The notes below the pieces were generated by a model. The model did not search any database. It saw only the letters and a list, made by a program, of their open reading frames with translations, and was not told the origin of the DNA. From Chiloscyllium plagiosum (Eukaryota): a stretch of DNA of 60,000 nt. Location: assembly GCF_004010195.1 (NCBI RefSeq), contig NC_057751.1, positions 9,307,611-9,367,610 of the forward strand, in the 5' to 3' direction. This document shows, in pieces, positions 52,894 through 60,000 of this stretch (position 1 is the stretch's first letter; the number at the start of each line of letters is the position of its first letter). The position numbers were made by a program, and so were the translations under genes.

Positions 52894-53384
52894 GATTTTG
52901 CTGCTCGTTGGATGCTGCCTGAATTGCTGTGCTCTTCCAGCACCACTGATCCAGAATCTGGTTTCCAGCATGTGCAGTCATAGGTTTTAATCAACGAGGT
53001 AAAAACAAAGCATGTCTAGTGACACATGCAAATGTTCCTAACACCGTTGCAAGAAATCCCAACCTCCCTTATAATCCTTCCAGTGCTGATGCTATTTTCC
53101 ATTCTTGGATATGTGAAGCATCATTATCCTGGCTTTCGGTGCCACTGTTGAGGACTGATATTGTACATGAGTCGGGATGTGAATTAACCATGGCAGGGTA
53201 TACACTTCTGACGTCTGAATTTTGACACCTTCCAACTTGAATAACTATTTTATTTGGAAAACCACTTCATCAAATTAGTTTTTGTCATTACATTATCAAT
53301 ACAGATTCGAAACTGTTACTCATCTACCTTGTTGAACTTGTAATGCAATTGAGCAAAAGGTGAAAGTAACTTTTCATTAACTTG

Positions 53385-55800
53385 CAAGAAGCAACAAGCC
53401 CAATAAGTCTGTTCAATCATTCAATGAGATTATTGCTCATTTGATAATCCTCCACTCCATTTGGCTGCCTTTTCCCTATGACTCTATTCCCTTCCTGAAA
53501 TATTTTCATCTCTCCAACATGAAAACACATGATGTCAATCCTCTGTACCCGTCTGTGGGCATCAATCACACAGAATCATGACTGTCAGCAAACAAATTCC
53601 TGATAATCCGTTATGGACCTTATTCTGGAGAGTTAGCCATCTGGTCCTCCGCTTCCACACAACATCTCTGCCATGAATCCCACATTCTTCTTAACTCCAG
53701 TGAGGACAGACCCAATTGACTTCATCTTTTCTCACAAGACAGTCCCTCCTTTTCTGTTATCAACCTCGTGAACCTTCACTGGACAGCAGACAACGCCAGA
53801 GTATCTCTTGTGAAACAAGGCAATCAAATCTGTTCACAATATTCCACTTCGGGTCTGATTTGTGCCATGTTTCGTTTGAGCTTGGCCTTCATACTTTTAT
53901 CCTTCTTTATCTTTAAATTTACGGTCAACATTCCACTTGCCTTTTCTCCAACCTTCTGAATTTCTAGGTGAACTTTCAGTAATTGACTCCCAAATCCTTC
54001 TGTGGTGCAGTTGTCTGCAGTCTTCCTCAATTACAATAATATTCAGCTGCTATTCGACCTGCCATATTATAACTCAAATTTTCACACATGATGTTCTATC
54101 TGCCAAGGTTTTCCCACTCACTTAATCGACATCCCTCCAGCCTCTGTCAGCCTCATCACTTGTGTTTCCATCTCTTTTTGTGTCATCCGATAACTTTACG
54201 TTCATATGCCTCATCCAGGTCATTCATATATATTTCTAAATAACGGTGACCCCAGCACTGAACCTATGGCAGTTCAATTGTGAGAGGGTGCCATCTTGAC
54301 AACGACACCGCTTATCTTCACTTTATGTCTTAATTATTGACCAATCTACTACCTCCAATACCATAAGAGCCCTTATCTCATGCAGTACCTTATCAATTGT
54401 CTCCTGGAAATATATTACATCCATTGTTTTCCCTTCATCTCTGCAGCTTGTTACCTTTGCAAAGAATTCCCAAGATATTCTGAAGAATGATTTTTCCTTC
54501 ATGAAACCATGCTGATTCTGCTTCATTCTATTATACATTGCTAAATTCTGCATTGAAATAATTTGTGCGCTTCTGGATTCCAAAATGTTCGTCCATGACA
54601 GATGTCAAGACTTTTGGTTTATTGTTAACCATTTTGTTTCCTTCACTTTGAGATGAAGTGTGACATTTTCCTCTTTCCCATCGTATAGCCTATTACTAGA
54701 AACGAGCGATGCTACAAAGATGACAAGTACCACATCCAGTATTTTACTAACTACTTCCTTCAATATCATGTGATAAACTCCTTCAGGTCAAAAGGGCTCG
54801 TCTCTCTTCAGCTCACTTTCTTCCGCCCTCTAGTTTTCCTCTGCATTTGCCCCTTAGTTTGTACTCTTAGAATGCTATTTGTGTCATCAACTGTAAATAG
54901 ATATGCAAAGTATCTATAGTATTTCATTTTACTCGCATTTCATGGTTCCATAGGTTTATTTCTCAAACCTTGATCCTTAAGAGGCCTTTTTGACCTTCAT
55001 TCACAATGTGGGCATTGCTGACTAGGCCAGAATCTACTGCACATTTGTAAGGGCAGATGAGAGTCAAATGCAAGTTATTATGGGTCTAGAGTCACAAGTA
55101 GACCATACCAGATAAGATGGCAGTTCTCTAAAAAATACATCAGGGAACCAGATTGGTTCTTCCAACAATTGTCAAGGCTTTCATGGTGATAAAGAGACTT
55201 TTAATTCTGGATTTTTACTTAACAGTCCAGCAAAAATACCAAAAGGCCATTACCTCACCTTATGTTCATTTTCATTTCTCTCTTCCCTTTTGTCGTGTTA
55301 TACTTGAAATATCTGTTGCTATTCTATCATAGTATTACATGCTACTTTACCTTCAAAATTTCTCTCCCCCCAACCATGACTTTTTTCCTCATACTTATTT
55401 GCCCATTCCTCTGGCGTACCCATAGTATTTGCCACATTTTCTTCCCCGCTTTTATGCTGTGCTTAACTTCCTTGGTTAATCATGACCCTTATAATCCTTC
55501 CCAAAGTTCTTTCTCTGTGCAATGCATCGTCAAGAGCAATAAAGGCTTTTTATAAATCTTTCCTCATTTCTCAATCATCTTGGTTGTGAAACATCTTTCC
55601 TCAGCAACTCTAAGTAACTTTGCTTTCATTCCTTTGTAATGACCTTTTCTTCCATTTAGTGTGGTTACTCCCAAGCCAAGTTTCTTCCAATCAAAATGAG
55701 TGGTACATTCTACCATGATGTGGCCAAACTTTTCTCAGACATCTTTTGGCCTCTGTTCATGTAATAAACATGCCTCATTAAACATTACTAGATCCAAAAT
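53385..55800 (-). mobile_element. Old degenerate CR1 ORF2
   Basis: QIRPEVEYCEQI and NQHGFMKEKS remnants. Confidence 0.7.
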
Positions 55801-56269
55801 AGTATAATAAAATCAAAACAAAAACAGATTCTTGTGTGCCTGAATGCATTCTGATTTCTTCCTCATTCGTCAAAGACAGACAATGGTTCCTTCGATATCA
55901 GGTGTTCAATGCAGCAGGCAAGGAAGTGAACAAAATGCAACTGACATAATTTATACTTAATAGCACCAAACGGTTTTAAGGATCAAAAATACTGAGGTGC
56001 ACATTGCACAAATTATTCTTGATGGGCAAAGTTGAGAAATTGTATCTGAATCCAATTGTCTTCTCAGAATTGTCAAATAAACTGTCGCTAAACTTAAACG
56101 AGAGCACTTAAACCCTCCGTAACATCCTGTACGCACTTCATTCATAAGTGCCCAGTTTCAAATCCCTTCCATGGGTTGGCACATAGTCGAGCTTTGGAAA
56201 ATGTCAAAAGCACAGCTATAAGAATAGCAATTACTAAAACATGAATCTTCAAAAGAACATAGGAGAGAC

Positions 56270-57185
56270 ACAGATGTACAGCACGGAATCAGACCCTCTG
56301 ATCCAAATTGCTCATACTGATCAGATATTCTCAATTAACCTATTCCTATTTGCCACCACTTCACACATATCCCTCTGAACATTCCTTTTCATATACTCAT
56401 CCAGATGCCTTTTCAATGTTGTAATTGTACCAACCTCCACCACTTCCTCTGGGAGTACATTCCGTGCACGCACCACCCTCTGTGTGAAATAGTTGCCCCT
56501 TAGACCACTTTTATATCTTTCCCCTTTCACCCTAAACCTGTGCTCTCTAGTTCTGGACTCCTTCACCCACCCCACTAAAAAGAAAAGACTTGGTCTGTTT
56601 ATCCGAAACATGCCCCTCATAATTTTATAAACTCTCTAAGGTCACCCCTCAGCCTCTGACACTCGGGAAAACAGTCCCAGTCTAATCAGCCTCTCTCCGT
56701 AACTCAAACCCTCCAATCCTGACAACATCCTTGCAAATCCTTTCTGCACCCTCTCAGTTTCACAACATCTTTCCGATAGGATGGAGACCAGAATTGCGCA
56801 CAATATTCCAAAAGAGTGGCCTAACCCATGTCTTGTACAGCCGCACATGACCTACCAACTCCTATACACAATGCTCTGACCAATATCGGAAAGCATACCA
56901 AACTGCTTCATTATCCTATCTACCAGCGACTCCACTTTCAAGGAACTATGAACCCGCACTCCAAGGTCTCTTTATTCACTAACATGCCCCAAGACCTTAC
57001 CATCAAGTGTACAAGTTCTGCCCTGATTTGCCTTTCCAATATGCAGCAGCTCACATTTAACTAAATCACACTCCATCTGCTATTCCTCAGCCCATTGGCC
57101 CATATGATCAAGATCCCATTGTACTCTGAGAACCTTCTTCTCTGCCCATTACACATCCAATTTTGGTGCCATCTCCCAACTTTTC
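56270..57185 (-). mobile_element. CR1 RT C-terminus and 3' end
   Basis: ESRTREHRF...NVLPEEVV and ERVQKGFARML. Confidence 0.88.
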
Positions 57186-57189
57186 ATCT

Positions 57190-59215
57190 GTACCTTTACA
57201 CCATACTCAGCTCTGCCCCATCACACTCTTGAATTTGGAATATTACTCGTATCTTTCACCGTGAAAACTGACGCCAAGTAATCATTCAGGTCCTCAGTCA
57301 TGTCCTTGCTCCCCACGACTATCGCTCCACCATCATTTTCCAGCAGCCCAAAGCTCACTTTTGCCCTTCATATATCTAAAAATCCCTTACAGTCTTCCTT
57401 TACATTACTGAATAGCTTCCTTAATCTTCTTCCTCCTTACTTCTTTTTGTTGCCCTCTGTTGGTCTTTGTAAGATTCCCAATCCTCTGGTTTGCTACTGA
57501 CCTTTGCCACATTATATGCTTTCTCTTTTGCATTTACACTATCCCAACTTCAGTAGTCAGCCACTGTTGCCTTATAGTCCCTGCACCATGCTTCTTTCTC
57601 CCAGGGATGAATCTCTGCTGCGTTTTCTGAAGTTCTCCCAGAAACTCCTGCCATTGCTGTTCCACTGTCTTTCCTGCTAGGCTGCTCTCGCAGTCAATTT
57701 CACCCAGCTCCTCTCTCATGGCCTGCAGTTGCCTTTATTCAGCTACACTCTAACCTCTGATTCTATCTTGTCCCTTTGAATTTACTCAGCAATTTCAATC
57801 ATGTTCTGATCACTGCCTCGTAAGGGTTCCTTCACCTTAAGCTCCTTTATCAAGTCTTCCTCATTGCACAACACTAAATCCAGTATTGCCTGTTCCCTGG
57901 TGGGCTTCACCACCAGCTGCTCCAAAAAGCAATCTTGTGGATATTTCAAACTCCTTTTCTTGCAATCTCCTTCCAACCCAATTTTCAACAGCCACCTGCA
58001 TATTGCCGTATCCCCTATCATTACTGTAACCTTGCCTTTCCTATTGCATGGCGTATCTTGCACCTTAGCTCCTGACTACTATTTTGAAACCTGTATAAAA
58101 CTCCAACTATGGTTTTGTCACCTTTCCGGTTCCTCAATTCTATGCACAGATTCTACACCATCTGACCCAACTTTGGTGTCTTACTCTCGATTTAATTTTA
58201 CGTCTAATTAGGCAATCCCACTCCCCTCTGCCCACCTGCCTATCTTATTGATAGCATTAACAACCTTGAACATGGAGGTCTCAATGCTGATCCCCTGGCA
58301 GCCACATCACCATGTCATACCTGTCAATTTCAATCTGCACCACAAGCTCACTTACTTTATTTCTTACACTGCATGCATTCAGATATAACATGTTCTGTCC
58401 GATATTAACCATCCCCCTTCTCATTGTCATTCAGTTGTCCAGTGTGCTTAGTTTGACTGCTAACCCTTTCCATACACACTGTCCTATTTGGGTCTGTGCT
58501 GGAGATTTTAATAACCTCCCCCAGAGTTCTGCACTCTTGCTTCCTCCTTTAATTCAGATCTTCCACTTTCCCCTATCACTGAATTTCACCGCCACCCCCA
58601 AACCACTATAATTTAATTTAAAGCCCTGTCTGCAGCCGATTGTGCAGCCCTGGCCCCAGCACAATTCAGATGAAGACCGTCCTATCCGGACAGATCCCTT
58701 CTTGCCCAGTACCAGTGGCAGTGTCCCATAAATTCAAACCCATTTCTCCCACACCAATCTTTGAGCCATGCATTTATCTGCTTAGTCTTATTGACCCTGT
58801 GCCAATTAATTCTTGGCTCAGGTACTAATACAGAGATTACCATCTTGGTTATGCTTTTTGATTTTGCTCCAAGGTGTTCATGCTCCCTTAGCAGAATCTC
58901 TGCCCTAGTTTTATCTTTAGCCTTGGTACCTACGTGGATCACCACCAGTGGATCTTTACCCTCCCAGTTCAATTTCCTCTGAAACCCTGATGAGGTATCA
59001 TGAACTCAAGCACCAGACAGGCAATAAAACCTTTGGGACTCTCAATCCTGGTCACAGAGAACAGTGTCTATACCTCTGACTACACTATCCCAAATTACAA
59101 CATTTCTCTTTTTTTCCCCACCACCACCCCTCAACCTGTACCAGTGTGCTCCAGTCAGTGGGCTCAGCCTCCCTGCAGGCCCAGTTCGCGTTCACACAGA
59201 GAGCAAAACACTTGA
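57190..59215 (-). mobile_element. CR1 ORF1 (SGNH esterase) and APE endonuclease fragment
   Basis: VVIHVGT...INAWLKDWC..GFEF (ORF1) and FLEQLVVKPTREQAILDLVL...SDQNMI (endonuclease). Confidence 0.88.
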
Positions 59216-59229
59216 AATTGTTGAATCAT

Positions 59230-60000
59230 CACTTCAAAACACTCAATCAAGTTTGTGACACATGATTTCCCACACACCAAGCCATGTTGACTGTCCCTGG
59301 TCAGTCCTTGCCTTTCCAAATTCATTAGAGCAGCACAGTGGCTCAGCGGTTAGCACTGCTGCCTCACAGTGCCAGGGACCAGGGTTCAATTCCCGTCTCG
59401 GGCAACTGTCTGTGTAGAGTTTGCACATTCTCCCAGTGTCTGCGTGGGTTTCCAGGCGGTGCTCCGGTTTCCTCCTACAGTCCAAAGATGTGCAGGTCAG
59501 GTGAATTGGCCATGCTAAATTGTCCATAGTGTTAGGTGCATTAGTCATGGGTAAATGTAGGGGTATAGGTCTGGGAGGGTTGCTCCTCGGAGCGTCAGTG
59601 TGGACTTGTTGGGCCGAAGGGCCTATTTCAACACTGCAGGTAATCTAATCTAATCATAAATCCTGTCCATCAGGATTCCCTCCAACAACTTGTTACCACC
59701 GATGTCAGTCTCACCTGTCTATCATTCCCTAGTGTTGACTTACCACCTTTCTTTAACAGTGGCACCACATTAGCCAACCTCCTGTCTTACAGCGCTTCAC
59801 CTGTGACCATCAATGACCCAAATGTTTCAGCAAGGGACCCAGCTTGCCACAAACTTCTATGGTTTACCCGATTTGGTCCAAAGGATTTATCCATCTGATT
59901 TGTTTTTAAGACCTCCTACTCTGTAATATGGATGCTTTTCAAGATGTTACCATATATTTTCCCACATTCCAAATCTTCCACGTCCTTCACCACAGCAAAA
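59230..60000 (-). mobile_element. CR1 RT fragment, interrupted by the SINE and running off the window
   Basis: Homologous to 42020-42450. Confidence 0.85.
59328..59655 (+). mobile_element. HE1-type SINE nested in CR1
   Basis: A and B boxes (gtggctcagcggttag, ggttcaattcc) and a (taatc)n tail. Confidence 0.9.

Larger units (their letters stand above)
51588..53008. mobile_element. PLE-derived tandem and inverted repeat insertion (466-bp unit) in a CDCA2 intron
   Basis: Unit start attctggatcagtgg at 51588 and 52054; inverted copy at 52853-52980; gap at 52138-52852; AAGCAT on both flanks. Confidence 0.85.

Noticed and set aside
51820..52990. ORFs of 285-379 aa
   Set aside because: They are long only because they read through the N gap; the flanks are non-coding PLE repeat.
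53019..53230. Possible further CDCA2 exon
   Set aside because: The minus frame hits TAA before any good donor, the acceptor is weak and there are no CDCA2 motifs.

Overview
Eukaryotic, repeat-dense vertebrate DNA, almost certainly an elasmobranch (shark): it carries HE1-type SINEs, shark-type CR1 LINEs and Penelope-like elements (PLEs), plus five N-gaps. The only confidently identified gene is the 3' part of CDCA2 (Repo-Man) on the minus strand: exon 50606-50414, which holds the YGxRxxASKKPLLSPIxE motif, splices in frame to a large exon 48594-47183. The probable 3' UTR runs to a poly(A) signal near 44945. Two candidate terminal exons of an unidentified plus-strand gene lie at 624-850. Most of the remainder is CR1 fragments (many nested), one L1-clade LINE, SINEs, a solo-LTR-like family and at least four PLE families. 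Most ORFs in the supplied track are fragments or antisense shadows of these repeats. The most interesting signal is a set of minimal hammerhead-ribozyme motifs in the PLE repeats: a 466-bp head-to-tail retrozyme-like unit inside a CDCA2 intron, a U3-A8 covariant core, and a junction carrying an inverted copy of the target site. PLE hammerheads are a known class; I see no evidence for an entirely new multi-gene system. Family names come from motif recognition, not database searches, and repeat boundaries are approximate unless a target-site duplication (TSD) is given.
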